A stretch of 64,000 nt of DNA from Camelus dromedarius (GCF_036321535.1 NC_087436.1:105588001-105652000), one strand, 5' to 3'; positions 42,132-57,650 are shown, counted from the first letter of the stretch. Notes: a model not told the origin generated them from the letters alone. Numbers and translations: made by a program.

Positions 42132-43048
42132 CAACAATTGCTTTAACCCAAATGCACTTTATAACCTCCTCTCTTCCTCACCCCATTTTTACATAGCTTG
42201 AAAATCAAAATTTCCATCAGAGATTTTTTTCCCAGTTGTACAGGGTGTAAAGAAACTGATGTTTCACTTTAATTAGCTATATTTATCCTGTTTGTCTTGG
42301 AAAAATAGCTCCCGTCATGAGACCCCCGTCAGCCATTCCCCTTTTTCTTTACACTCTCCCAGAAACTTGTATTTATCATTTTCTACCACCTCCTCTTTCC
42401 CTGGAAGCAACTGTGTACATATATTTTTAGCTACTTAACCTTTCCGTACAAACCCTTCTCTCCCCTTGAATCCTATCGGTTGCTTCCTTGTAACATATGA
42501 GAAATGAAAATTGCCACAGGGATGTGGACAAAACCACATGTTTTCTTAATGTAAATCTGAATAGCCGCCTTAGGTTGCCTGGAAGTGTGTTTCATAAATT
42601 GGAATTTTTAGCAGAGATCCCTTGAACTTGATGTCAAAAGACCTAACAGACCTAATTAATGGCAAGTGCCATCCTGGGGATTTGAATGATCCATTTTGCA
42701 CAAGAACCTTTTGATGCAGTTAAAACCTTATCTTCTTTGAAGGTCTTTCTTTTATTGCATTGAATTTCAACTCAGGCAAATTTATCATTTATTTGTGCAA
42801 TCAGATTGCTATTTCTGTGCATGTACTGGAGTTTGGGTTTTTTTTTTTTTTTTTCTCTCCAAATGACTTAGTGAGATTCCACAATGTTTTATTTCTACAA
42901 CTTATGTAAAAAGATGGGAGTTGAATAAATGAAAGAATGCTGGGAATTTTCTGTCTCTGCTGTTGTTTGGTCTAGGTTAGAATGGCTATTATGCAATAAC
43001 AATTGTTTCTTTCCTTTCCTTTTTTTTTTTTTTTTTTGCTGCCTGAAG

Positions 43049-43081
43049 GCCTGAGCTACAGTGTTTCAGTAGGATTTGGGA
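43049..43081 (+). CDS. CCDC149: CCDC149 33-nt symmetric cassette microexon (G-LSYSVSVGFG-R), phase 1-1
   Basis: Preceded by a long T tract and gcctgaag|, followed by GGA|gtatgt. Frame-preserving and stop-free between exons G and H. Confidence 0.75.
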
Positions 43082-43580
43082 GTATGTTCTATTTGAAATA
43101 TCTATGTTTGTGGCTAAATAGCAGTGCATTAATATCATCCCTGCATGTAAATAAATAGAAATGTATTCTCTGTGTATCTTTGCACTTTTCTGATTAGGAT
43201 AGACCATTGAAATAGAGAATTCAATTAGTACAAAGCAAATATTAAACGGTAAAATTAGTTTTCAGGGTGGTGTCTGAATGGATTTTATGCCATAGTCGTG
43301 TTTGTTCTAATCTCTGGCCTCTACATAGTTACAAAGTAGGAGAACAGAAAAAAGAGTGGCAATTCCCCCGATCTGACATGGCTTATGTAAAGGCAGTAGC
43401 ATTGCCCTGGTGCAGTGATGAAGGATGTTGTAATGAGGCATCACCTAATGATCATTTTCAAACCGTGGGTGGGGGGAGGGGAGGCCTCTTTCAGGGCAGA
43501 TCAGACCAGTCCCCTCTATCCGTTATTGTTCTCAGGTTTCCATTTAATATCCTGAAGGGCGGAGCAAGAGGAAGTATGCT

Positions 43581-43668
43581 CTTTTCTTCCTCCTCCTCCT
43601 TCTCTTCTGCCTCTTTTTCCTCTTCCTCTTCCACGTTTTCCTCCTCTTCTTCCTCTTCCTCTTCCCCC
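43581..43668. repeat. Polypyrimidine (TCC/TCT)n low-complexity tract
   Basis: Read directly; produces the poly-Ser of spurious ORF 43267..43674. Confidence 0.85.
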
Positions 43669-46600
43669 AAGTAAGAGCCAAATCATAGTATTTCAGCCAC
43701 CTGGAGGGGACTGAGTTCCAGTGGTTTCAGAAAATTGTTTGTGCTCTCTTATTTACCAGCATCCTGAAAAGATCAGTGTCCCCTCTAATAAATCAGCCCA
43801 TAATATGTTGTTACCTTTTTGAGCATCAACTTTTGTGAATTCAACTCTGTACCAAGCACTGCAGATGTACCCCTTGCCCCCTCTGAGAATCAACAGTCCC
43901 ACTAGGGCAGTAAGATGAATATACATCAAACAGTGAGAGGAAAGCACAAAATGGTACATGATTAAGTATTAACTAAGTGATAAAGATGTTAATGTGTGAG
44001 GGAATAATGTGAAGAGTCGTCAGATGCTAGACCGTGAAGGATGACTGAGAGCAAAAAGTTCAAGGATGGCAAATACTCGGTGTACATTGCACAACACTAT
44101 TCCCATGCCAGTGGCAGACATTCCTAATCCATCACATCACTCTTCTTTGCTGATCTTTCATGTTAGCCCTCAAAACAGTCTTCCATGTTGGCTTTCCAGG
44201 CAGCTACCTCCTGGTCAGAGTTGATATGTGAGAGAAAATATTTTTGCCTTTCCTGATCTAGTGTGATCCCCTCATTTTACATTAGGAAACAGAAGCTCAG
44301 GAAGTTAGATGATACCTAAGGCCACAGAAGCAGGTATTAGAATTCAGGTGTTCAGATCTTCACTTCCATGCTCCACCTGTACTGGGGAAGTACAATTCAG
44401 AGGAGAGAGACAGGGGATAGATCAGATCAGCTAGGGACTGGTTCTCAAAGCAAGTTGGATTGGAGAAGAATTCAAAGCTGGAACAATCTCTTCCGAGACT
44501 CTCATGGACCCCGGTGAACTTGGAGCATGCTGGGCTTGGAGCGTGCTATGATTTTTCTTTGACTCTATTCTTTCCCTCGCTCTCTCTGCCAACAATATAT
44601 AGCTCTCAACGTTGTTTGATAGAGTTGGGGCAAATGTGTGATCTTGCTGGGAACTAGACAAGTCTAACAGATGTCAAAGCCACAGAGAGATCATCTGGAT
44701 AGCAGTGTCCTCCAGACTATTTAACAAGTCCCTGAGAGGTATGAAAGGAATGGGGCTATTTTGAGGAATCCACAGGGCAGGCTGGTTGGCCACACGCTTC
44801 AGGAAGGAACGACCCTCCATCCTCCCCAGCTCCCTACATATCGTCCTCATTCTCCCAGCCGTTTCCTGGCGTCTGCAGGTGAGGATGGTGTTTGGGGGGC
44901 CTGAGGGGCAGTTTCCTGCATGCACGCATACTCTGACAAGAAACACTGAGAGCCACAAAAAAATCTGGCAAGAGCAGAGCCTGGCTCTTGAAGCTTTTCA
45001 TTTTAATTCTCTGTTCTCCACTCTCAGCATCAGCCTGAGAAGGAAAATGTGTATTTTGAAAGTAGCTGATACATTTTGGAGAAGGAGATGAGCGATGCTG
45101 TGTTATGGGGAATCCAGTAGGGCTTCCAAAAACTCAGACACCAGTTGAAGGGAAGGGCCTGTGTGACTTACATTGGTTGTGGTTTGAATTTAGTCTGTGT
45201 ATCACCCTCATGTCACTCCTCATCCCCACCCCACCCCGCCCCGTCCCAAGGACCAAAATGGAACTAGGAGACAGCAGACCATCAGATTAGACCTCAATTT
45301 AGTCAACACAGATAGAACCTGGGCTTAGTCAGAAACAATAGAGCTGAGAGCCTTCTAAGGAAGGTCTTTGAATTCTTCAAATATTTTACAAAAACCCAAT
45401 CTTGACATTTTACCAAATGGTAAAATGGTCTCTGCAGGCAGGGAATTCAGAAGGTATTTCTTTTCTCCTCAACCCCCGCCTTGATTGGACATGGATGAGG
45501 AGTGGCTTCTGCTTCCCTTCTCCGCACGCCTGGTGCTCAGATTCTTGGAGGAGTTTAATGTGCTGGTACCAGCATTCTTGAGGCATCACTGATGATGCCC
45601 TGTAGCTGGGGGGACCATGGAGACACTGGGCCCTAGAGAGTCCCTCACAATAGGAGGACTGAGGCTCTCTCTCCGGCTGTCGTCGTCACCCAGCTGCAGC
45701 CAGCTCACAACTCTGCCCATAATTCTGACTCTTTGGCCACCAGCACAGAGGGGACTTGGAAGGTTGGATGCAACACAGAGGGCAGAGTGTGCCTCTTACT
45801 GAGTCCCTGTAAGGATAGAGAGTTTCCAGCCTACTTGAAAGAGAAAGATGAGTCAGGAATTGCCGTCCTGTCCCTGACTTGGGGACAGTAACTTGCCCTG
45901 GTGGAGAGAAAGAAAAGAAGTCGAACTGAGGCATCTGCTATGGGTTCATAACAGCCATTAGTCCCTCAAGGTATTTCTAGATTGTATCTTTGCTGCACAA
46001 AGGGAGACCTGATTGGATTGACCTCATTGTGAAAACCTCTTAACAATATCCCAAGCTGCAGCTCAATGGTCCTCTTTGGGAAGCCTCTCCAGACTGTGGC
46101 CCTGAAGATTTCTGGATTTATTCCACATGAGACTTCAGGGTCAGCTCCTATCAGATTTCTCTTCTCCTGGGATGACCCTCAGATAGCAGAAGCCAGAGAG
46201 TGCTGGCTGCTCATAGCACTCTCCATCGGCCTGAGGCAGCTGCGAGCCCCATGCTTACCAAGACGTCAGGATTCCCAAGAACGCATCAGCTGTGTATTCA
46301 AACAGCCATCTGCTATTTACGAAGCACCTAGTGTATACCCAACTCTCTACTACAGAACTGGAAATCGAGTTAATAGGACATGGCCTACGGGAGGGTAGTA
46401 TTTAAACAAGTGGAGGGCTCAGAGGTGCAGTCTGCGGTTTGCCTGGCTCTCCAAGAGTGAACATCTTTACCCAAATACCATTCTGTGCCCTGGCAACCCT
46501 GAAACTGAGCAGACTCATAGAACTTTAGAGCTTCTGATCTGAGCCCCAGAGACATTCAGTGACTTGGCTTCAGATAAGGTCTCACCCAAAGTCAGACAGC

Positions 46601-47119
46601 TGAGCCTGGAGCGTGGGCTGGGCCACAGCCCCTGGGCTTTTCGCTGTTGGCATGGTGGTTCCCACTGAGAGAATCCTCGGGGCTCATTGGCAGGGGTTTG
46701 GGATCAAATCCTGTGTGTGGGGCCTTCCTGACCACTGGGGCAGCATCACCTCATGTGCACGTGTTTTGTGTCTGTGTGTCTGTGTTCACCAAGCTCACGC
46801 TTCAAAGCCACACCTCCCTGCTCCTCACCTCCATGACTTGCCATGGCCTTGAAAACAGAGTTGTGATGGTTTTCCTTTTCCTTCTCTTTGCCTCAAACTG
46901 TCTCTCTCCCCTTAGGGAGTTCATATGAATCGATAAAAACGTTTGCCTGGTGTGCGCCTCTGTGTTCTAAGTAGAGTTTCGCTGTTATCATTTGGGGAAC
47001 CTGATACTACCTGCTTTATGCCAGTTATTATTCAGTTTAAATGACCACATGGAATTAAATCAGACCTGCTGAGTATGGCAGTTCAGTCTACACTCTAAAG
47101 TAGTCATTTCAACACGTGA

Positions 47120-47290
47120 CATCTGTTGAGCACTGACGTAACGTCTCCGAGCTTTATGTGGACCCGTTTACTTTCTCACCGCCCTCCCACGTGGTGGGCG
47201 CTGTTATTCCTCATTTTACAGATGAGGGCTCTGAGGCTCAGAGTGACTTGCCCGAGGCCACCCAGCTAGCAAGTGATGGGGTCCAGAACA
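47120..47290 (-). mobile_element. MIR SINE fragment
   Basis: cattttacagatgagggctctgaggctcagagtgacttgcccgaggccacccagctag. Confidence 0.7.
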
Positions 47291-47608
47291 CAAAGAGGAC
47301 AGCGTGGCCCTCGAAGCTCCACTGCTGTTGCGATTGCTATTGTCGCACCCAAATCAGAGTCACCCAAATTTCAGCAGACATAGCAGGCGGCCCCTTACTG
47401 GTGGCACTTGTGGGCAGCCATGTCCTGAGCGGACTCTAGGATTCACAGACAGCTGGCCCTGGACCTCACTGCCCTGACCTCACCCTGCAGAAAGGGCCTG
47501 CTGGCTGTTTCCCTTCCCCAGCACTCCCTATGATTGAGGAAGGTGCCCTGTCACCCAAACAGCCAGCCTCTTGTGTAGGGGTGAATGTGACCACGATTCC
47601 ACTGGTGA

Positions 47609-48866
<1,258 letters not shown>

Positions 48867-49246
48867 AGCAAGGGCTCAGGATTTGAACCACTGGGTTCAT
48901 ATTCCAGCCCCACGTCATACTGGCTGTGAGAACTTGGACTAGTAACCTTAGCTCAGTTTCCTTACCTACAAGATGGTGAGGTGATGGTGCCAACCACAGG
49001 GAAGTCTTGGCACATTGCCTGGCACATGGTAAGTGGTCCGGGAATCAGTTGACTGGAGGGAAAAACCTTCTCTGGCAGGCACACTTTCTGGAGGCAGTGT
49101 GTTTTGAAGGGGATCAAGGCCCCATTTAGGGTGCCAGATGAAACAACAGGGGGAAGAACCAGATCTCTTCCTAGGTGGCAGCCTTGTTTCCCCCACTAAA
49201 CTGTCCTTCACATCTTGGTTTTGCTCGCCTTCCTTCTCCACCCACA

Positions 49247-49700
49247 GTGTGGTTGTCAGCTCCCAAGATGGCCCCAAATGAGCTCCACTTCCTGGTATTT
49301 GTGCCCTGGTGTCATCCTCTCCCATCTTGTATCAGGGTTGGTCTGGGCAATGAATAGGTTATGGCAGAAGTGATGGTGTGTGACTTCTGAGCTAGGTTAT
49401 AAAAGACGGGGCATCTGCCTTGCTCTGTCCTGGATCACTCTGGAGGAAGCTGGCTGCCATGTCTTAAAGGGACTTGAGCAGCCCTACATGCTCTTCACGT
49501 GGTCTGGAACTGAGGCCTCCAGCGATCAGCCATGTGAGTGAGCCATGTTGGAGGCAGATTCTCCAGCCCCAGTCAAGCCTTCAGATGACGACTACACTGG
49601 TTAACATTTTAATGACAACCACATTAGAGACCACCAGCAAGAACCATCCAGATAAACTGCTCCCAGGCTTCTGAGTCTTAAGCTGCTAAGTTTTGAGGTT
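49247..49700 (+). mobile_element. MLT1F-like MaLR LTR
   Basis: aagatggccccaaatga...atggcagaagtgatggtgtgtgacttctgag...gaactgaggcctcc...ccagccccagtcaagccttcagatgac. Confidence 0.7.
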
Positions 49701-52565
49701 TTCCTGCCTCCCAGAATCTCCAGGCTTCATCCCATCTTCATCCTGCTGCTGTAGGGCAAAGCTTCTAGAGTGCAGCTTTCCATCATGCTTGTACTCTGCT
49801 CACAAATCTCCAGTGGCTTCCATCCGTCTCTTGTTAGCAATTATGTAACATCACCCCCAAACTTAGAACTTAAGGCAACAGCTATGTATTATTTATCATG
49901 AGGCTTTGAATCAGACTGCTAGTCTGAGCTGGGTTCAGCAAGGCTCACTCATGCTGCGGTACAGCTGTGTTTTGAAACCTATCCAGATCACACAGATTAG
50001 TGCACGGAATAGTAAGAGGAGAAGCCAGGACAAGTCTGGGATTTCACCAGAGAGGTTCCCCAAGTACACACGAGGAGAATTCCAGGAGAGAGCTCCTGAC
50101 TCGGTGCTTTCCACACTGGCCGGAAGATCAGGCTGGGCCTTTCCAGCCAGCAGCATGTGGCTGTCTGCAAGGCTGGCCTGTAACGCGCCACGGCCCGCTG
50201 TGCAGTCTGGGACATGACTTGGCTGGTGTTCATCCCCTGCAAACATCCAGTGTCCCCGTGGAGATCCAATGCCCTCTGCCTTCTCTGGGCTCACTGAGTC
50301 CCCGGAGGGCCCATGCCTTCTAACGTGACATGGAATCTGAGCCTGGCTTGATTTTCACAAGGGTGGCATAAGTAATGGCCTGATTCAAAATGATAGCTTC
50401 CAGAGTTCCATCATTAGCTCTCATTGTTCAAACCCATCCTTCGCCAGCTCGGGTGGCAACAAGGAAGCATTTATGTAGCTGCTGTCGGTATCTGGGGTGG
50501 CCTCATCACCGCTGCGTCTCTGATTAATTCCGACTGAAATCAGCTCACACTCGGGAGGACAAAGCCGTCAGAGACCAGTTAAGACAAATGTGCCCTTTGG
50601 GCCAGTGGGTGGGGGAGGACCCATTTTTAGGAGACTAGCAATCTTTTCTACAAAGAGCTACTGTTTCTTCATCTTCTAGAGAAAATATTTTTCGTTTCCG
50701 CACTGTTTGTGTGCTAATGCATTTGTATCGGCTGATTGCTTCATCATTATTGACGTGTGTATTGTTATTAATAAGTATTAATGATACTAATTCTGTTTGC
50801 TAAAACAGCACAGAATAATTACTATTGGGGGTAATAATGTTTTCCTGTTCTGAGCTATCTGAAATCTTTCTTTTTGGAAATAGCAATGCTATGCGTCTGT
50901 TCTCAAAGGAAAAATAAAACTCCCACAGCTTAAGAGTCAACAGAATCAGAGAGTTAAAGGAAAATTTTGCTCCCACAGCAAGTAACCAGAGGTCCTAGTT
51001 CCAAGAGCAACAGTCAAAGTATCTTCAGTAACTTTTCTTTGTCGTCTGAGAGTGACTTGAATATACTGTTTAGATATCTTCTGGATAAACAAAAGGGAGA
51101 AGAAGATTGGTAAATCCTGGTGTTGACCCGTAATCCAGTCTCAGCCTGGCCCCTACAGCTTTGTAGCCCTGAGACTGAAAATCTAGGCTTTCTCAGAGAA
51201 AACCCAGATAGGACCAAACAAGAGAGTTACAGCCCTGTCCATCCTCTTACGGCAGCTGTGTCTGCACGTATGGTGATGACAGTGGTGTTGCTCTCCCCCC
51301 CATCCCCAAAAAGTTAAGAAGTTCTCGCTGGTAATCTCAGAGGTTTGCCATTTTCAAAAAAGATTCATGCGTCTGGACATGAGCGGAATGTCATCTAAAG
51401 AAATCGCACAAGGCAAAGGACTGGCGACCAAAAGGCCCCGGTGTAATGAGACCACCTTCCCTTAGATGTAAATTAAGGTACAGAAGATTGACCTGACCCA
51501 CAGTGAAAACACTGCAAATGGTTTAGGGGTTAGGTTGTTATGGATAAGGTTAATTAATTTTTCAGGGGCACCAGAATATACTATTAAGTGTCCTGGAAGA
51601 AGTAATTTCATAAGAGTAATTTCCAGAAGGAGTTTATTCATCTCACGTTGGTGAAAAATTCAGCCACGGAAAGGACCATAATTTACTCCTTTTGAATAAA
51701 GCTTCTTGCACGATGCCAGAAACTTGCTCATTTTGACTCGGTGCTTCCCATGTCTCCTGCACAACCACTATAACATTTGTCATTTGTTAGCATGAAAATG
51801 ATGTGATTGTTTCTCTGTGCAACCTCAGATGTAGCTAAACGTTTGTGTGAGTTAGAAATCTCTTTTTTTCTGCAAGTGCCATTTTAAGAACTTTTAGGGT
51901 AGCAACCTGAATGCAACCTGGAGCAAACGAATTCGAGGATTGCTTCCATTTATTAATGGATGGTATTTAAATATATGTACTCCTATATTCACTTATTCAC
52001 GCATCCATGTATATGTCTGTAGATTCAAACATTTAATAAGCTATTTATTGCACCCCCCACCATAAAACATTGGCAACATTAACAAATTAATCAGATGAGA
52101 TTTTATACTTCAGGTGGTTTTTATAAGCTAATTATACATAAGTTACAATGGAAAGGTAAAAAAGTAAAAAGTATGAAGTTCCCTTAGAGTTCCAGACACA
52201 ACCTTGTGGGGATTTGGACAGTGGGGAGAGTACTTCCCGGCAGATTAAATCAAATAGGCTTCATGAAGGAGGTGGAGGTCAAGTTCGCTTTTGAGGTTGG
52301 TCATCTGGGTGCATCAAGGAATGAGAGTCATGGAGGAATCAACCACCAAAGCAAAGGCGCAGAAGGCAGGGCTGCATGCCTTGGAGGGTTCAGTGTGGCT
52401 GGAGTGTAGGGATGGAAGGGGAGTTGGCATGGCAAGTAGATGGATGTTGGGTCACTGAAAGCCTCGACTGTCAGGAGAAGAGCTTAGGCTTTGTTCCTAG
52501 GGCAGGGGCAGCCTTTGAAGGTTTTAGAGCCGAGGAAAGGAACGCATGGTTGGACTTGTTTCAGT

Positions 52566-52731
52566 GCTAGTGCTTCTTGCACTGTAATGTGCACCCGCGT
52601 CACCTGAGATCTTATCAAAATGCATCTTCTGAGCCAGTAGGTCTGGGGTAGGGCCTGAGACCCTGCCTGTCTAACAGGCTCCCAGATGAGGCTGCCAGTG
52701 GTGGCCCTTGGACCCTACTTTGAGTAGCAAA
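52566..52731. mobile_element. MER5A-like element
   Basis: cacctgagatcttatcaaaatgca...gtaggtctggggtagggcctgaga...tctaacaggctcccagatga...ctttgagtagcaa. Confidence 0.75.
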
Positions 52732-54496
52732 GCTTTAGGGAAGGCCCCTCTCCTGACAGGTTGGATGACAGCAAGAGGAGACTACCAGCAAAGGAACCTG
52801 TCAGGAACCAGCCCACGTTATCCTGGCGGAACAGATCTGAATGGTTATTTTTTTAAAAATTAAGGCTTGCTTTATTCACTCATTTATACATTCACGAATG
52901 TCACTGTAAACACGAGTAATGGTCTCATTTTCAGGTGTGACACTGAGGCCAGCGAGTTCTTAGGAGAGTAATAACATAGTTGTCCGTGACTAAACACAGG
53001 CTTTCGAGTGTATAAAAGATTGGGTCGAATTTCTGTCCCTGGGGAATTTCTATGGTCATCAAAAAGGCTAAAGAGAAAGAAAACAGCTTATTTTGAATGT
53101 GAGAAGCAAAAAGATATCAGAAGAACTAGAGGACTGGGGTGTGAGGGTCAAGTTCTGCCTGGCTGAGCTGACCCACAGTCCCCTTCCCCAGTGACCAGCC
53201 TGTCGGTTGTCACACCCACCACTCTGTCTACAAGCATCTTCTCTTCCTTCATTGCTGTCCACCCCTTCTTCATCTTAGCTGTTTCATTTCAGTCTTATGG
53301 TCCATCTGATCTCACTAATATCTCATGTCTTCTAGCGTTTCTCAGAGTTTTTGCCAGGGTTCAGCCTTGTTAAAGTTTCTTAAGACTTTTAAACACTTGA
53401 TTAGGTAAACAAATGCTTTAAAATGCATCCAGTTATTTAATTTAATAAATGGATGCATGGTCAGAACAGATCAACTTCCTTCCAAACCTTCTACAGTTCT
53501 CCATTAGCTCCCCCCAGTCCCAGCTTTTGGCCTGAAAGCACACCTGCATGTATCTGATACAGGCCTGATGGCAGTGGGTTCTACCCTGGTTCCGTCGGAG
53601 GAACCAGGAAGTGTTCCCGGGCCCCCTCACCCCTGGAGCCCCTCACCCAGGCTGAAATCAGCCCAGCAAGACTCTTCCACACATTTCTTCACTGTTCGGC
53701 CTGAGGACTAAGAAAATCTTGGGAACCTCAGGTCTGGTGCTGAATGCGCTAAGAATTCACTCCCCGAATACCTCCCAGTTGTGCAGAACCACTGTTGGTT
53801 ATTAGGTCTGAAAGGGACATCAGAGAGTCCTGTCTCTCATTTTGTATCTGAGAAAAGGAGGCCAGGCAGGTCCTCCTGATTACAAAGCAAGCAAATAGGA
53901 AAATGGGGGCTAGATTCTGGCTCTGAGGGCCCCGCATCCTCTTCCATCCCCTCCAGTTACAGCTGAAGAACTTCTCTTATCCACGTTTAGAAAGAACAAC
54001 TTAGTGGGGAGGGGGAGAGGGCTTGAAGCTGCTTTTGCATGTAACATTTTATTGAAATTGAGGAAGCACCAGCAGTCTGCATCATAGAATGAGGTGCTGA
54101 TGGAGATTGGGAGGTGGGGCACTCAGTCCCTCCCAAACTGCTCCTTCTGTTCCCCACACTGAAAGCAGCCAGAACCTCTTTTCATTACTAAAGGTCTTCC
54201 TGAGCTACAGAACCTATGAAACCTTTGTCCTCAGTTTAAATATTTAATGGGCACGAGCCATCATCAGGGAGCGAAGGAGGAGATAACCAGGTGCCTGGAA
54301 AGGATGGGTTATGGACATGGCCCACGTGCTCCCCTTCCCTCCATTAATGACACAGTAATCACCAGAGTGGCTGCTTTCTTTTCTGTGGGTCCTGTGTTCC
54401 CTTTAACAGCATTTTCTATCCCAGAGGCCCTGCGACAGTGGGCCAGAGGTTGGGAGGAGATGGGAGGTGAGGGCTGACTTCCAGCAGAAGGTTTGA

Positions 54497-54952
<456 letters not shown>

Positions 54953-57405
54953 AGGGGAAAGAGATCGGGCATGATGACACGTTGACGGCACTGGGGACAG
55001 TAAAGAACTAAACCTCAGAACAGCTCACCGAAGTCTCTTTCTCCTAAAACACCCCCAAGCCTGCAAGTGAGGAAGGACACAGATCCTGTCGCAAACTGTG
55101 AATATTCTGATGAGGCCAGCACAGTTTGATTTATTAAATGCGGGTCCTCAAGCTTCTCGGTGTCATCTCTTTCTGCTGAAGATGCGCTGCTGTGAACATG
55201 GCCAGGCACAGAAGTGGGTCGGCCATATGGCTGGTTTTTGGCCTCCATCTTTCTGTCAGCATTTGTTTTATTAGACATAAGATGTTTTTCTATTAGCGTT
55301 TAAAGTTGTCGATCAAAATTATAGGAAGAGCTTGAAAGGGATGGGGTTTTTAATCAGGTCCCTGTCTTTGTAATGTAGAGAAAGGTGTAATTGAGCATAA
55401 TGGGTCCAGAGGGCGCCCCGCTCCACTCCGTCATGTCAGGGCCCGTCGGGCCTCCCGGCGTGGGTGTTCTTGGCAGCCTGCCTGAAGCACTGTCTGTGCA
55501 CTGTCTGTCGTGGCAGCGACCAGCAGGTGGAAAGGGGCTTAAGAGGGCTCAGAAGGTTAGGCTTCCGGTTTGAAATCCGCAGCCCCCGTGGAGACCCGTT
55601 TGCTGACTGCGAGAGCTGAGTTTTCCAGCCTGTAATTCTAGAGGATTAATCGACCTGGAGTGATGGGGGCGTTGTGGATAAGCAGGGAGGATGGGGACTC
55701 CAGTGGTGTTTGATTTTTTGTTTCTGAGATGAGAGCAGACCCTGGAAGTGCTGGTTCTCTCCACTCAGCCTGGGCTGGTATAGGGTTCTATGGTCATGTG
55801 AGGTTGGAGCCAATCCAGCTGCTTAGGGCCAAGCCAGTTTCCCCCACCACCCGTCACTCCGACAGAGCACTGTGGCTGCCTCCTCGGGAGCGCCAGATAC
55901 TGGGGTTTTAAAGACAAGGCGCTGGGGAGGCTGTAGCTCAGCGGTAGAGCTCATGCTTAGCATGCACGAGGTCCTGGTTTCAATCCCCAGAATCTCCATT
56001 AAAAAAAAAAAAACTTGAAAAAAAAGGCATTACCAAAAATTAAATAAATAATAAATAAATAAAGACAGAGCTCATGGCCCTAGAGTGGAAAGAAAGGAGA
56101 AAACAAAATAACCTCGTCAGCCTGGGGAGGGGACTGTGGAACCAAGTTCAAGCTCCAAGAGCAGGAAAGCAGAGTGGTCACCCCTACCTGCTTCTTTACT
56201 TGGGGATAAAATTAGCTTTTCTAGGCAGCATCTGGCACTGCAGTACATTGAAGGCTCATCAAACGGCAGACCTTTCTTTGTGCTGAACTCAGTTCATTTC
56301 CCCAGAAAGACCTAATATCAGATCCCAAAGCTTGAAACGCCCCTGAGAACCAGAATCACTCCTTTGAGAGACTCTCCTGCAGGGAAAAGAGAAGCTCCCG
56401 AGGTGGGAGAGGTAGAAAATTCAGCAATTCATCCTAAAAATTGGCTGTTTAGACCAGGCTTGTGATCTCAAGTGTGAATCCCACATGCAGGTGGCCAGCC
56501 ACCCCACCACCACCACTTCCCTGCCACATGTCATCTCCTGGCATCACTCGGACAGCAGGGTAGGACCTGTCACACTTGCTGTCTCGCTCTGAAGGAGGGC
56601 AAGGTGCAGACCAGAAGGTCCCATGCTTTGCCAGAAGCACCCTGGGTGGACCTCCAGCTGATTTCTTCCCGCTCACTAGAGGTCACCCCCACTGGCGGAA
56701 CGTGGGCACACCTGCATCTGTGCACTCTGGCCCCTGGTGAGCTGGACACACATCGGCCCCTGCCTGCCAGGCCCCAGTGCCCCATTCATCCCTCTGTGCT
56801 CCAGCCTCTCCCCTTCCCCAGACCCAAGAAGGTCACTTCTCTCCAGGAAGGTCACTTCTGCAGCTGCAAAGCTTGCCCCGGCCAGCAGCCATGGAAATAA
56901 TTTTCCTGCCGCACCAGGCCTAAATTCTCTGTAAATGTTCAGCACTACTGCATATGATGCCAGAGCCACCAAAAGCAAACACAGCCAGATTGAATACAAT
57001 AATAATAAAAAGAAAAATCTCTCCCTACAGAAGCCTTGGTTTTGACACATAGTTGGCCAGGTGTCCGTCTTGAGGGGCCCATTCAACACCTTCTGGAAAG
57101 CAGGGCTTGTAGTAAACTTCAACACATTCCATCATGGGCAAGAAAACTGCAGGAAGTCCCAGAGCCTGGGGCTCAGGGCAGGGGGTCATAGGGAGCGATA
57201 ACCTAAATTCTGTGTGTTCAGTCAGCCTGATAGGGGGAGGTCTTCTGTTATTAGGTGGAATTGGAGCCAATAAGTTGATCCAGTCACATTTGTAACCTTG
57301 ACCACGCCCCATACGCAGATGTGACACTGTCCCACCTCTGCTATCCTAACCCAACATGATTCTTCTGTTCCACAGACATTAAAAAGAGTTTCAGCAATTA
57401 CTTAT
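54953..57405 (+). other. CCDC149: CCDC149 3' UTR (3' end inferred)
   Basis: Follows the stop codon; end placed about 20 nt after ATTAAA at 57378-57383. Confidence 0.55.
55924..56060 (+). mobile_element. tRNA-Ala-derived SINE (vic-1-like), sense, inside the CCDC149 3' UTR
   Basis: GGGGAGGCTGTAGCTCAGCGGTAGAGCTCATGCTTAGCATGCACGAGGTCCTGGTTTCAATCCCCAGAATCTCCA plus A-rich tail; imperfect duplication aaagacaaggcgct / aaagacagagct. Confidence 0.88.
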
Positions 57406-57425
57406 GGTTGTCATTTGTCTTTTTA
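57378..57425 (+). terminator. Probable CCDC149 poly(A) signal ATTAAA with downstream GU/U-rich element
   Basis: ATTAAA at 57378-57383 followed by cttatggttgtcatttgtcttttt. A second candidate AATAAA lies at 57004-57009. Confidence 0.55.
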
Positions 57426-57648
57426 AGAGTCATTGTGGAAGTGTGCTTTATTCTGTCCCCTACTCTACCAGATAACTCTCAAAAGTAGGGCATTCCAGGG
57501 CTGGTTCATTCAAGTAAGTTATCAAGGATCTGGTCTTCATGCTCTGCTGCCTCAGTGTCAGCTATTCTCTCGTGCTAACAAGTTGGCTGCAACAGCTCCA
57601 GCCATCACCTGTTCACACATCTTGTCCACAGGCAGAAGGAAGTTTCTC

Positions 57649-57650
<2 letters not shown>

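Noticed and set aside
43267..43674. 135-aa ORF with a poly-Ser tail
   Set aside because: Translation of a (TCC/TCT)n tract with a GTG start; no coding evidence.
55924..55998. tRNA-Ala(AGC)-like gene (also 26586-26661 and 48421-48496)
   Set aside because: A-rich tails, target-site duplications on two copies, stem mismatches and three dispersed diverged copies indicate SINEs rather than tRNA genes.
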